Source of the DNA: Lingula anatina
Taxonomy: Eukaryota; Animalia; Brachiopoda
Length of the DNA stretch: 33,928 bases
Direction: 5' to 3'
Assembly: GCA_051362555.1 (NCBI GenBank)
Contig: CM120648.1
Coordinates: 20,444,057-20,477,984 of the forward strand
Shown: positions 1 through 12,509 of the stretch, in pieces
Numbering within the stretch: the stretch's first letter is position 1
Layout: the number at the start of each line of letters is the position of its first letter
The notes under the pieces: generated by a model
The model's database searches: none
What the model saw: the letters and a program-made list of their open reading frames with translations, nothing else
Told to the model about the DNA's origin: nothing
Translations under genes and position numbers: made by a program

Positions 1-44
1 GCCATAAGGCCTGACCTTGGGGACAAGTGACCTGCCGTGACACC

Positions 45-120
45 TGTCACCTCTCTGTGCTACAGGACATCTTATTGTCACCTCTCCATGCTACAGGACA
101 TATTACTGTCACCTTTCTGT
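45..120. repeat. 31-bp tandem repeat, about 2.5 copies
   Basis: tgtcacctct..gctacaggacat repeated. Confidence 0.7.
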
Positions 121-1542
121 GTCTACTCTCCTGTGACAACTTAACTCACACAGTGAAATCTTTGTTGTCACTTCTTTAGGTATAGAATAAAGGAAAATGG
201 TAAGAAAAATCCCAGTAAAAACATAAACGATGCAATTCCAGACACCAGTGGAAGAGGAAATATCTGCACAATTTATACTAAATTAAAGGTTAACTGAGAT
301 CTTTAACTATGAATATCAAATCTTCACACTGTGGGTAAATCAACTAAATCATCCTTTGGAATTATATCAATCATGTGTGTCATTTTCCAAGATGTATTCA
401 TTCTTCACCTTTCTCTTTTATTTGTAAAACATACAGTGGAGAAGAGAGACTGGCAGTAACCAGACAACTAGAGTCAGGTGTGTTCTTCTAGCTAATGAAC
501 AGTCACCTAGTAAGCTTATCACAATCAGGCAGTAGGAGGATTTTCAAGAGCCTTTACCCTTCAGCTATTTCTCATTTTAACTAAATATTAATTTAATAGT
601 CTTTTAAATATGTTAATTGGAAAAACAGTTTATTGTCACATTTTAAACTTAAATGATTTTATATTTTTATCTCTGAATTTTAATTCATTTCTCTTTGTAA
701 TACACTTAATAATCATTATTTTACTTTCATATCTTTAGCCTGAATGATTTTATATTTCACTTTTAAGAGCTGCAACAGAAACCAATTTCTGAATGATGTA
801 TATTGTGTATACATACACAAAATATCCCCATCACTTACAGTGGAGAAATTTTAGTACCTCTTTGTTAGCCCAAGGTATTAAATCCAGTGTCATTAACGGT
901 AATGGGCATAAATCACGTTTCATTCACCCAAGCATCCAGAATATGTCTCCCCTTTGTACCATATAGCTTTTATCAAACAACAGGGTCAAGACACCTAATT
1001 ACAATGTAGTAGTAAATACTTCACTCAAAAATAAAATCCCCATTCCAATGATTAAACATTATGTTATAAATAACAAGCTGGCTATGTAAAATGTATGGCA
1101 ACAAACTTTCTCCAAATCCTGCTTTTGTACAAAGGATTTCAAATATAAGGCAGCTGGATATAATATTATTGGGAAGCACGGATTCAAACTATGGCAACAA
1201 AATCACAATTATTATTATCAATTAATTTTTTACCACCTGCAACATACTGACTGATGAGATGTAAGACTTTTAAAATTCATAAATACAATCATATATATAT
1301 TTACATGCCATTTAGGCCATACCAACACCATGATAACATTGCTATTAGATGCTGCACAATCTAATATCTAATTAAACTCTTGGTAACCTGCTCAATATCT
1401 ATCATAATCATAAGCATAACATGTTGTTTCATATCAATATATAGAGTGTGATTCATTCTATCAAAAGTAAACTTTCAATTGTTTTAAAAAGCAGTTATTA
1501 TACCAAATCTGCAGTGGATTGGCAGCAGAATCATCTGACTTA

Positions 1543-1744
1543 CACCCCATTTCCATAGATTTTTAGATCGATCTATCCCTGTGGGGAGTCTCACAAGATT
1601 ACTGTCAGCTTGGCCGGCTTAAGCGTCTGTCCCGCCTACTAAAAGCTGTAAGGGGGTAATTAACTATGGTGCCCGCTCGGCTGACTGCAATTTAGCGTGA
1701 ACCCCCAGGGAGTTAGGTCGATCAAAATCTCTGGGAAAGCACCC
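1543..1744. mobile_element. Degraded palindromic MITE, PIF/Harbinger-like
   Basis: Imperfect ~75-bp inverted arms (ttccatagatttttagatcgatcta.. / ..taggtcgatcaaaatctctgggaa), flanked by TTA and TAA. Confidence 0.6.
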
Positions 1745-1747
1745 TAA

Positions 1748-1991
1748 GGCTCATTCCCAATTAAACTATTGGTCTGTATAGATCAATCCAACTCTGTTGG
1801 GGTCTTGCTGAATGCAATCAGATTAACATGCCCCCTCTTGTTTCCAAAGTACTTGTATAATCACCAGGATTTTTGTATTCTATCCAATGCCAAGAAGAAG
1901 CATGTTAATCTCTTTATCTGGTTGCATTCAGCAAGAGTCCTGTGGACTTCGATTGACCTCCCTAGGCCAACAGTTTCATTGAGAACGAGCC
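1748..1991. mobile_element. Second degraded palindromic MITE, PIF/Harbinger-like
   Basis: Arms ggctcattcccaattaaactattggtct..tcttgctgaatgcaa versus ttgcattcagcaaga..aggccaacagtttcattgagaacgagcc (~85 bp); TAA on the left. Confidence 0.65.
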
Positions 1992-2645
1992 CCAAGTCAA
2001 TAGATTAAAACTTTTCAATTGAACTGATACAAAGAATCTCTGCCCTACTGACATGGATTTCCTAGCGAACGGACCACTTCAGCACCTGGTTGTCATGGCT
2101 GACCTGTAGCTGCCATTTGCCAAGCATGAGGGGGGGGGGGGGATTTGAAGCTGACATCACATGCTTTAGTCTAGATACACTGTACATTTCTCCACTTTAC
2201 ATAGCAGGTTGTCTAGTTCAATTATAAAGCTATAATTTTATCTTGACAATGTGAAAAATACTCCCCAATGAAAACATATAGAGAAATTAATAATAACTTA
2301 CTGTCCTTTACTTTGGGGAATGTGGCATTTGTTAATTTTGAATTATCGATAAATGTATTATTATAATCGGGATTGATAAAACTGATAGACAAAAGTGGAG
2401 AAGTTTACAGATACAATATTCATACTACAAATTGATGTTGATATATATATATATAGTAACATATACTGGTATACCGTATTTGGTAAGCTCTATCCTCATC
2501 AGACCTGACAGGAAAAAACATTGAAAATATACAAATGCTATAATGGCTTTTATTATTAGTGCATATTTACATTTAAATTAAAAAACTTTCAAATTCAAAT
2601 ATACTCTCACACACCCATTTCACAACAAAATATAGTTCAATCAGT

Positions 2646-2868
2646 TCAACACTCTAACACAACCAGTCCACATAACAACACTAACACAACCAGTCCATAA
2701 CAACACAACCAAGCCACAACAACATCAACACACTAACACAACCAGTCATTAACAACATTAACACAACCAGTCCACATCAACATCAACACACTAACAACCA
2801 GTCCACATAACAACACAACCAATCTTCAACAACATCAACACACTAACACAACCAGTCATTAACAACAA
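2646..2868. repeat. AC-rich minisatellite (aacacaaccagtccacataac variants)
   Basis: About nine acaacca(g/a) cores with irregular spacing. Confidence 0.85.
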
Positions 2869-2964
2869 AGTAATGTTCAGTTCTTGCACTCCACATTCTG
2901 CACTCCACATATCAGTGTGGTTTACATTAGATGCCTGGTCATTTCTGGCCCTGATACAGACTGG

Positions 2965-3198
2965 GTGGATACAGCCCAGCTGCTATATGAGGCACTAAAA
3001 GCTAGCATATGAACAATATCTTTCACTGCAGGCCAGGAACTTTATCCGTGATTCAATCCCTATGTACCAAGTGCCAACAGCTGGGAGACAGCAGGTACTG
3101 TTAAGTGTTTATGAAGGACTGGTATTAGTCCCCAGACAGGATGAACCCATGTTCTCCTGCTCCAAGGAAGGACACTCTGACCACGAGGCCATCTGGCT
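2965..3198 (-). mobile_element. Degraded tRNA-derived SINE (possibly Meta-domain type)
   Basis: Minus strand has A-box-like tggcctcgtggt and B-box-like gggttcatcc, then atacca..gtacctgctgtctccc..ttggcact resembling recalled invertebrate SINE bodies; 3' limit approximate. Confidence 0.5.
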
Positions 3199-5199
3199 AA
3201 CAACAATGTAACACATCAACATATACAAAGTTGATGGTAAAACTCCATAAAGAAAAAGACAAGGCTGTTAACACTAGACTTCTTGTTATGTATGACAGTC
3301 CTCTTCCTACTGATGGCAAGGGAAGTTTGGATACAATATCTATCTCTAGAAAAAATGGTGAAGTTTTCAAGTCATTACTCAAGTTTACTGAACATATAAT
3401 TCAAGTTTTAAGAATAAAATAGTGCTACACCTGACAGACATAATATCCTGTTTTCTTTTCTTGTGTGATATGTTCAATCTCAGAGTCTACAGACATCAAG
3501 ATATCATGACAGAGAGACATCAATAAACTGGAGGTGTTATAACTTGTCATCTTGTTATCCATTTATCAAAAACATAAAAAAAGGCTATAAACTTAGCTTT
3601 CAGCCATATTCCAGTTTGTGGTATAAATGAAGTAAATGTTTTACATTACTGTCTAACCAGAGATGGGAACAGAATATGTTTTGAAAGGAGGAAAATCTCA
3701 TGCACTTGAATTTTTCTCATTTTCCTTTTTAGAACCATTTTAAATTTTTTTCAGAAAAAAAAGGAAGAGAAAAGCAAACCCTCCCAAAAAGATAATATCC
3801 TTTATAACATACCCTATGGCGTGTGTTCATTTTTATTCATTTCACTGACAGTGATCCTTATGATTTAGAAATATATTATAGGCACCTGTCCCTGACATGA
3901 TGGTACTGTAGGTGCTACTATCAGTGCCTGACAATCAGTGTGTATAATATTCAGCCTTTGCACTCTGTCTTCTTTTCTTTGCAGTTATTTTTGACAGACT
4001 TTGTAAAAAATACAAATGATATATAAACACAGTCTCATCTAGTCCATGGGGCAGGGCATTTGTACACCACCATAATTAGAAGTCACATTTCATATATTCC
4101 CTCTGGCAATGCAGCAACTGTAAAAACTAGGAGTTCTATCATTGTTTTATGACTTGATAACAGTGTAGTCTGTGACCCCCAAACTGATAACTGATGGCAA
4201 AGATCATGTCATTTGCTGCTGAGGTTAACCACAGCAAAATAGCATTTATTAATGTGGACAAAGCATGACTTTGGTACACCAGCTGACAGGACTTTCTCTT
4301 GGTTTACCATTAGATAGTCATATCCTGGATGAGAAAGAGGGAAAAATTACACCTGTGGTGTTTTATGTGAAAATAAACTGTGTCAAACTGAACTCGTATT
4401 TACAATAATGGGACATTCAGATTTTAATTTCTCCAAAAAGAAAAATACTGCTATAATATACATGCATTAAAAACAAACCATCTTATTCCATACCACCAAA
4501 GCTTTGCCCATTACTTGCTGTCAAATAAGACAAAAACTTTTGACCAAGACACAAACAGTACTGTAATAATGGTGGCCTGATAACATATTTCTTTGACAAA
4601 GCATATGAGAAAATGTAGCCGGTCCATTCTTAATCCCACTTTCATATATTAACATATAACACATAGGAACTTTTCTTACAGAAACAAATATTAAATCTTT
4701 TTAAATAAATCAATCAAACACAAAGAAATGATCTCATTTGGAATGGGATTTCAATTTACAAAATTCAAAATCAAGCTCGATGTCTCATAATTCAATAAAA
4801 CAAATGAACAACCACAGTTCTATTAAAGAAGGTTATTTTCTCTGTGTGTGTATCATTTGGGTGGACACCTGTTCTAGTGATATAACATATCTATCTTGTT
4901 ATCAAAGTGAACCAACACCATGTCACAGTATCACATCAGTATGCACGCCACTCCACAGCTGCCAGGGTTGACTGACTACCTCACAATGTCTTCACTACAA
5001 TACCAGCTCTACAGTGAAGAGCAGGAATGCTTCACCTTGGAACCATATTACTTCATCCACTGATTATTCACTTAATGCTTCACAAAATTCATGACAAACA
5101 GAAGTGTAATGCTACATACAACAATACACATAATGATTCAAACTAATCCTTAGTTTGCATCAAAAGGCTCATAGCTATCTTATTATGATTCTTAACACG

Positions 5200-5592
5200 C
5201 TGCCACAACTAAGACACTGCCAAATATCGCACACTGTCACATCTAATGCATTTTCTCATCTAATGCACTGCCACATGTAACACATTGTCTCACCTAACAC
5301 ACTTTCACATCTATTACACTGCTACATCTAATACAATGTCATGCCTAGCAAATTTAACAACACATTTAAAACACTGTCACACCTAGCACATTCAATAACA
5401 CATTTAACACACTGTCACACATAACACATTTAACACACTGTCACACGTAGCACATTTAATCACACATTTAACACACTGTTGCACCTAGTATATTTAACAA
5501 AACATTTAACACACTGTCACACCTAGTATATTTAACAAAACATTTAACACACTGTCACACCTAGTACATTCAACAATTTAACACACTGTAAC
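5200..5592. repeat. Minisatellite (acactgtcacacctagcacatttaa variants)
   Basis: Repeated acactgtcacac cores, period about 17-39 bp. Confidence 0.8.
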
Positions 5593-5623
5593 AGCCAGCA
5601 CGCTGTCATGGCAGACCACCTAC

Positions 5624-5689
5624 CCCTCATAGCGTGGCAGGTTCCTCCAGTTTGTGAACAGTCCTGGTTTACAATACTCCAGCAATGCA
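5624..5689 (-). CDS. Isolated internal exon of a jitterbug-type filamin, calponin-homology domain 2 (ALLEYCKPGLFTNWRNLPRYEG)
   Basis: Strong acceptor ctttctctttccag, donor GTAGGT, 66 bp, phase 2-2. Peptide resembles the recalled filamin CH2 segment (jitterbug ALLDYCQPGLFPHWRSL; filamin A ALVDSCAPGLCPDW). Confidence 0.72.
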
Positions 5690-5843
5690 CTGGAAAGAGA
5701 AAGATCCAGATTTATTTCACTTATCATAATCATTATTATTACAGTCACCATAAAATTCTTCTTGACAAGATGACTTCAGTTAAACTGTTTTTCTGCAAGT
5801 TAAAGAATAACTTTGTTTAGGTGTTATGATTGCAGTATCATTA

Positions 5844-5878
<35 letters not shown>

Positions 5879-6349
5879 ACATGGAAGTTGAAGATCGACT
5901 GAGGTCCTTGTTAACATTTACAAAAGAGACACCCCAGTACATTAAGATATCCATTTGATTTATCTGCTATCAATGCCTGGGACAGCTCACTGAATAACAA
6001 CAACACAAAATAACAGTGCCTTGCTTACTGAATAATAACCAAGCATATAAGAGCGAAACATCCCAACGGGTCTTACAAAATATGTGAATAAATGTTTTTC
6101 AAACTAAGCTCCTCTTTATTAAAACCTGAACAAGGTACGTGACAGTCTATTGTCCTTAGGATGTTAACAATAACCCTTCTCAAGCTCCACATATATTTCT
6201 ACTGTCTCACAGTGCTTCGTGACAGGGGAATATTGAAAACTTTAAGCTGGGTTGCCATAAACTCCACAACCATGCGATCAATCTAAACCCATTCAATGCA
6301 TGCCGACTTGTTCTTCACAAAGTCTCACAAATATATAAGATCTAGAATA

Positions 6350-9300
6350 AACTAGAGGATCAGAGAGGCGATACCGCCTCCGAATGTTGTACCACCAGCT
6401 GGAGCAAGCGCATTCGTATAGACCCCCCACATACACAAAATAAGGGACACAGCCACCAGTCTTATGCTTGACAAGCTATAAAAATGTAATCAACAAGAAT
6501 TTTCAAAATACGCAAAAAATATATATAACTTAAAATGGTACAATCAAAGTTAAGTTAAGGTAGGTCAAAGGTCAATTTCAAGGTCACAGTAAATTGCCAG
6601 TATATGACTTTCTATTCAACTACAATAGTAACTATGGACCTATCTCTGCCAGGTTTGGAGTTAAAAGAGAAAGAAATTAGCAGAGTTCAGTTCATGATTA
6701 TAAGTAGGTCAAAGGTCAATTTCAAGGTCACACTTAGATTGCCAGTATATGACTTCCTATTCAAGTTCAATAGTAACTATGGACCTATCTCGCTAGTTTT
6801 GGAAATAAAAGGGAACCAAAATTTGCAAAGTTCAATTCATGATAAAAAGTAGGTCAAAGGTCAATTTCAAGGTCACATTTAGATTGCCATTATATGACTT
6901 CCTCTTCAACTTCAATAGAAACTATGGACCTATCTCTGCCAGTTTTGGAGATAAAAGGGAGGCAAAATTTGCAAAGTTCAGTGCATGGTGAAGAGTAGGT
7001 CAAAGGTCAATTTCAAGGTCACAGTAAGATTGCCAGTACATGACTTCCTATTCAACTTCAATAGTAACTATGGACTTATCTCTGCCAGTTTTGGAGATAT
7101 AAGGGACTAAATGTTATAATTTTGGAGTTACCATAATGTGCCATAAATTTCCTACGGAAAAAATTAATTAAAATAAAGAAAAGGTCATTTTGGAAAAAAA
7201 AAACCTTGAAATGGGAGGTGCTCTGAAGTTCCAGATGTTCAAATTTGATGAAATAATGTCATTTTCGACCACAAGTTGCCTGCTTTGCCAAGCCTTATGT
7301 TTTATTTTTCCGGAGTTCAAAATTTATTATCCATTACCGTACTGCACATTTTGCTTTAACCACCAAAATGTACTTTTTGATAAGGTGTAACTTTGGAGAT
7401 AAAAGGGAAGCAAAATTTGCAAGGTTCAGTTCATGATGAAAAGTAGGTCATAGGTCAATTTCAAGGTCACAGTAAGATTGCCAGTATATGACTTCCTATT
7501 CAACTTCAATAGTAACTATGGACCTATCTCTTCCAGTTTTGGAGATAAAAGGGAACCAAAATTTGCAAAGTTCAGTTCATGGTGAAAAGTAGGTCAAAGG
7601 TAAATTTTAAGGTCACATTTAGATTGCTAGTATATGACTTCCTATTCAACTTCAATAGTAACTATGGACCTATCTCTGCTAGTTTTGGAGATAAAAGGGA
7701 AGCAAATTTTCCAAAGTTCAGTTCATGTTGGAAAGTAGGTCAAAGGTCAATTTCAAGGCCACATTTAGATTGCCAGTATATGACTTCATATTCAAGTTCA
7801 ATAGAAACTATGGACCTATCTCTGCCAGTTTTGGAGATAAAAGGGAGGCAAAATTTGCAAAGTTCAGTTCATGGTGAAAAGTAGGTCAAAGGTCAATTTC
7901 AAGGTCACAGTAAGATTGCCAGTACATGACTTCCTATTCAACTTCAATAGTAACTATGGACTTATCTCTGCCAGTTTTGGAGATATAAGGGACTAAATGT
8001 TATAATTTTGGAGTTACCATAATGTGCCATAAATTTCCTACAGAAAAAATTAATTAAAATAAAGAAAAGGTCATTTTGGTAAAAATTCCTGAAATGGGAG
8101 GTGCTCTGAAGTTTCAAATGTTCAAATTTGATGAAATAATGTCATTTTCGACCACAAGTTGCCTGCTTTGCCTAGCCTTATGTTTTGTTTTTACGGAGTT
8201 CAAAATTTATTATCCATTACCGTACTGCACATTTTGCTTTAACCACCAAAATGTACTTTTTGATACAGCGTAACTTTGGAGATAAAAAGGAAGCAAAATT
8301 TGCAAAGTTCAGTTCATCATGAAAAGTAGGTCAAAGGTCAATTTCAAGGTCACAGTAAGATTGCCAATATATGACTTCCTATTCAAGTCCAATAGTAACT
8401 ATGGACCTATCTCTGCCAGTTTTGGAGATAAAAGGGAACCAAAATTTGCAAAGTTCAATTCATGATAAAAAGTAGGTCAAAGGTCAATTTCAAGGTCACA
8501 TTTAGATTGCCAGTATATGACTTCCTATTCAACTTCAATAGTAACTATGGACCTATGTCTGCCAGGTTTGGAGTTAATAGAGAAAGAAATTAGCAGAGTT
8601 CAGTTCATGGTAAAAAGTAGGTCAAAGGTCAATTTTAAGGCCACATTTAGATTGCCAGTATATGACTTCCTATTCAACTTCAATAGTAACTATGGACCTA
8701 TCTCTGCCAGTTTTGGAGATAAAAGGGAAGCAAAATTTGCAAAGTTCAGTTCATGACGAAAAGTAGGTCAAAGGTCAATTTCAAGGTCACAGTAAGATTG
8801 CCAGTATATGACTTCCTATTCAAGTTCAATGGTAACTATGGACCTATCTCTGCCAGTTTTGGAGATAAAAGGGAACCAAAATTTGCAAAGTTCAATTCAT
8901 GATAAAAAGTAGTTCAAAGGTCAATTTCAAGGTCACATTTAGATTGCCAGTATATGACTTCCTATTCAACTTCAATAGTAACTATGGACCTATCTCTGCC
9001 AGGTTTGGAGTTAAAAGAGAAAGAAATTAGCAGAGTTCAGTTCATGGTGAAAAGTAGGTCAAAGGTCAATTTTAAGGTCACATTTAGATTGCCAGTATAT
9101 GACTTCCTATTCAACTTCAATAGTAACTATGGACCTATCTCTGCTAGTTTTGGAGATAAAAGGGAAGCAAAATTTCCAAAGTTCAGTTCATGGTGAAAAG
9201 TAGGTCAAAGGTCAATTTCAAGGTCACAGTAAGATTGCCAGTATATGACTTCCTATTCAACTTCAATAGTAACTATGGACCTATCTCTGCCAGTTTTGGA

Positions 9301-10329
9301 GATATAAGGGACTAAATGTTATAATTTTGGAGTTACCTTAATGTGCCATAAATTTCCTACAGAAAAAATTAATTAAAATAAAGAAAAGGTCATTTTGGTC
9401 AAAATTCTTGAAATGGGAGGTGCTCTGAAGTTCCAGAAGTTCAAATTTGATGAAATAATGTCATTTTTGAACACAAGTTGTCTGCTTTGCCAAGCCTTAT
9501 GTTTTATTTTTCCAGAGTTCAAAATTTATTATCCATTACCGTACTGCACATTTTGCTTTCACCACCAATATGTACTTTTTGATACAGCGTAACTCGAAAA
9601 CCGTATGGAATACAAAAAAACGGAGACCACCTCCAGTGTTGGGCTTTACATGCTCTACAAAATGCAAAAAAGAATGGGTCTCTAGCATTAACGGTTCCCG
9701 AATTAGAGACAGTTTTCAGTTTCGGTATCTTATGGCCGCTACACCCGTGAAAATGCACCGATTGACCCCAAATTCACACAGATGAAAGATGACCTGAAGG
9801 GTAATATTTTCCAATAATTTTATTGGTTTAATCTGTGTGGTGTCTGAATAACAGCGCAAATAAATTTTTTTTCGTAAAAAAATTCATTTTTTTGAAAATT
9901 TTTTGCCCGTTTGACCTTGAAATAAAGGTCAAAGGTCAAATCCAAGGGCATATTTGAAATCTACACATATGACTTTTGGAAAGCCGTCTGTAGAAATTTT
10001 TCCCATAATTCCTTCCGTAGGGTAGATAATTAGCATTTAATTTTGCCATTTTTGGACAAGGGTGCATTGCAATGAGTGCCACACCTAGACCCCAATACCG
10101 ACAAAGCCCAAATTTTACGTGGAACGAGTTGAGATTATAGGTGACCTAAATCCAAGAGATGGGTATGGGGGCCCTTACCGTCTAGGAGGAGAAGCGGTAA
10201 CGGTAACATGGCGGCGGAGCCGGCGGAGCCGCAGGAGCCGGCGGAGCCGCAGGAGCCGGCGGAGCCGGCGGAACGGACCGGACGGGACTAAAACCATGTG
10301 TACCGCCAGCGCTAACGCTGGTGGTACAA
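6350..10329 (-). mobile_element. Non-autonomous Helentron/HINE (DINE-1/pearl-like), family 1, copy A
   Basis: On the minus strand: TT, 5' subTIR/IR hairpin, GC-rich 9-bp microsatellite, core, 146-bp tandem array, 3' subTIR, hairpin, CTAGTT end; no TSD. Confidence 0.85.
6560..9594 (-). repeat. 146-bp array (about 15 monomers) in three blocks, each followed by a copy of a ~290-bp segment, inside HINE copy A
   Basis: Reverse complement of the copy C monomer; spacer segment starts at 7103, 7989 and 9308. Confidence 0.92.
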
Positions 10330-10373
10330 TAATGAAGATATTTATGACCCAAACAGCACCCCAACCTACTTAA

Positions 10374-11230
10374 TTGTACCACCAGCGTTAGCGCTGGCGG
10401 TACACATGGTTTCGGTCTCGTCCGGATCGTTCCGCCGGCTCCGCCGGCTCCGCCGGTTCCGCCGGCTCCGCCGGCTCCGCCGGACGGCTACCGTTACCGC
10501 TTCTCCTCCTAGACGGTAAGGCCCCCCATACCCATCTCATGGATTTAGGTCACCTATAATCTCAACTCGTTCCACGTAAAATTTGGGCTTTGTCGGTATT
10601 GGGGTCTGGGTGTGGCACTCATTGCAATGCACCCTTGTCCAAAAATGGCAAAATTAAATGCTAATTATCTACCCTACGGAAGGAGTTACGGGAAAATTTT
10701 CTACAGACGGCTTTCCAAAAGTCATATGTGTAGATTTCAAATATACCCTCGGATTTGACCTTTGACCTTTACTTCAAGGTCAAATGGGCCAAAATTTTCA
10801 AAAAAATGAAATTTTTTACGAAAAAAAAATTTTTTGCCCTGTTATTCAGACACCACACAGACTTAACCAATAATATTATTGGAAAGTGTTACCCTTCAGG
10901 TCATCTTTCATCTCCGTGAATTTGGGGTCAATCGGTGCATTTTCACAGGAGTAGCGGCCATAAGATACCGAAACTGAAAACTGTCTCTAATTCGGGAACC
11001 GTTAATGCTAGAGACCCATTCTTTTTTGCATTTTGTAGAGCATGTAAAGCCCAACACTGGAGGTGGTCTCGGTTTTTTTGTATTCCATACGGTTTTCGAG
11101 TTACGCTGTATCAAAAAGTACATACTGGTGGTGAAAGGAAAATGTACGGAAGCCCACTGGTGCCATATGTAGAAAAAAAAATTATCTCGAAATTTCGAGA
11201 TACTATTTTGAAATTTGAACAAAAAAAATT
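10374..11230 (+). mobile_element. HINE family 1 copy B, 5' part only
   Basis: Starts ttgtaccaccagcg-tta-gcgctggcggtaca, then (ccgccggct)n and core; broken at 11230 inside the MITE by the start of copy C. Confidence 0.85.
11145..11230. mobile_element. Left end of the same MITE in HINE copy B (truncated)
   Basis: aaaatg followed by tacggaagcccactggtgccatatgt and one internal palindrome. Confidence 0.8.
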
Positions 11231-11963
11231 TACCACCAGCGTTAGCGCTGGCGGTACACATGGTTTCGGTCCCGTCCGGTCCGTTCCGCCGGCTCCGCCG
11301 CCATGTTACCGTTACCGCTTCTCCTCCTAGACGGTAAGGGCCCCCGTACCCATCTCATGGATTTAGGTCACCTATAATCTCAACTCGTTCCACGTAAAAT
11401 TTGGGCTTTGTCGGTATTGGGGTCTGGGTGTGGCACTCATTGCAATGCACCCTTGTCTAAAAATGGCAAAATTAAATGCTAATTATCTACCCTACAGAAG
11501 GAGTTACGGGAAAAATTTCTATAGACGGCTTTCCAAAAGTCATATGTGTAGATTTCAAATATACCCTCGGATTTGACCTTTGACCTTTACTTCAAGGTCA
11601 AATGGGTCAAAATTTTCAAAAAAATGAAATTTTTTACGAAAAAAAATTTTTTTGCCCTGTTATTCAGACGCCACACAGACTTAACCAATAATATTATTGG
11701 AAAGTGTTACCCTTCAGGTCATCTTTCATCTTCGTGAATTTGGGGTCAATCGGTGCATTTTCACAGGAGTAGCGGCCATAAGATACCGAAACTGAAAACT
11801 GTCTCTAATTCGGGAACCGTTAATGCTAGAGACCCATTCTTTTTTGCATTTTGTAGAGCATGTAAAGCCCAACACTGGAGGTGGTCTCGGTTTTTTTTGT
11901 ATTCCATACGGTTTTCGAGTTACGCTGTATCAGAAAGTACATATTGGTGGTGAAAGGAAAATG

Positions 11964-12254
11964 TACGGAAGCCGACTGGTGCCATATGTAGAAAAAAAAA
12001 TTATCTCGAAATTTCGAGATACTATTTTGAAATTTGAACAAAAAAAATTTTTATCTCGAAATTTCGAGATAGCATTTTGAAATTTGAACAAAAAAAAAAT
12101 TATCTCGAAATTTCGAGATAGCATTTTGATATTTGAGCAAAAAAATTTATCTCGAAATTTCGAGATAGTATTTTGAAATTTGAACAAAAAAAATGCTATC
12201 TCGAAATTTCGAGATAATTTTTTTTTCAACATATGGCACCAGTCGGCTTCTGTA
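11964..12254. mobile_element. 291-bp MITE with TAC..GTA ends and 6-bp TSD (IS3EU-like)
   Basis: TIRs tacggaagccgactggtgccatatgt / acatatggcaccagtcggcttctgta; AAAATG at 11958-11963 and 12255-12260; single copy of the target in copy A (catttt 9549-9554). Confidence 0.85.
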
Positions 12255-12509
12255 AAAATGTGCAGTACGGTAATGGATAATAAATTTTGAACTCCGGAAA
12301 AATAAAACATAATGCTTGGCAAAGCAGACAACTTGTGGTCAAAAATGACATTATTTTATCAAATTTAAACTTCTGCAACTTCAGAGAACCTCCCATTTCA
12401 AGAACTTTGACCAAAATGACCTTTTCTTTATTTTAATTAATTTTTTCTGTAGGCAATTTATGGCACATTATGGTAACTCCAAAATTATAACATTTAGTCC
12501 CTTATATCT

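Noticed and set aside
3130-3198. tRNA gene
   Set aside because: Degenerate B box, no cloverleaf, continues into a SINE-like body.
10119-10382. Protamine-like Arg/Ser ORF and antisense Pro/Ala ORF
   Set aside because: Translations of the 9-bp GC-rich microsatellite, whose length varies among copies A, B and C.
12002-12216. CRISPR-like array of palindromic repeats
   Set aside because: Spacers are near-identical, no cas genes, eukaryotic context; the array lies inside a TIR/TSD-bounded MITE.
6604-12414. Repeated short ORFs (MTSYSTSIV.., MGGALKFQ.., MHFHRSS..)
   Set aside because: Products of tandem repeats, with stops and frameshifts differing among copies; no Rep/helicase or transposase motifs.
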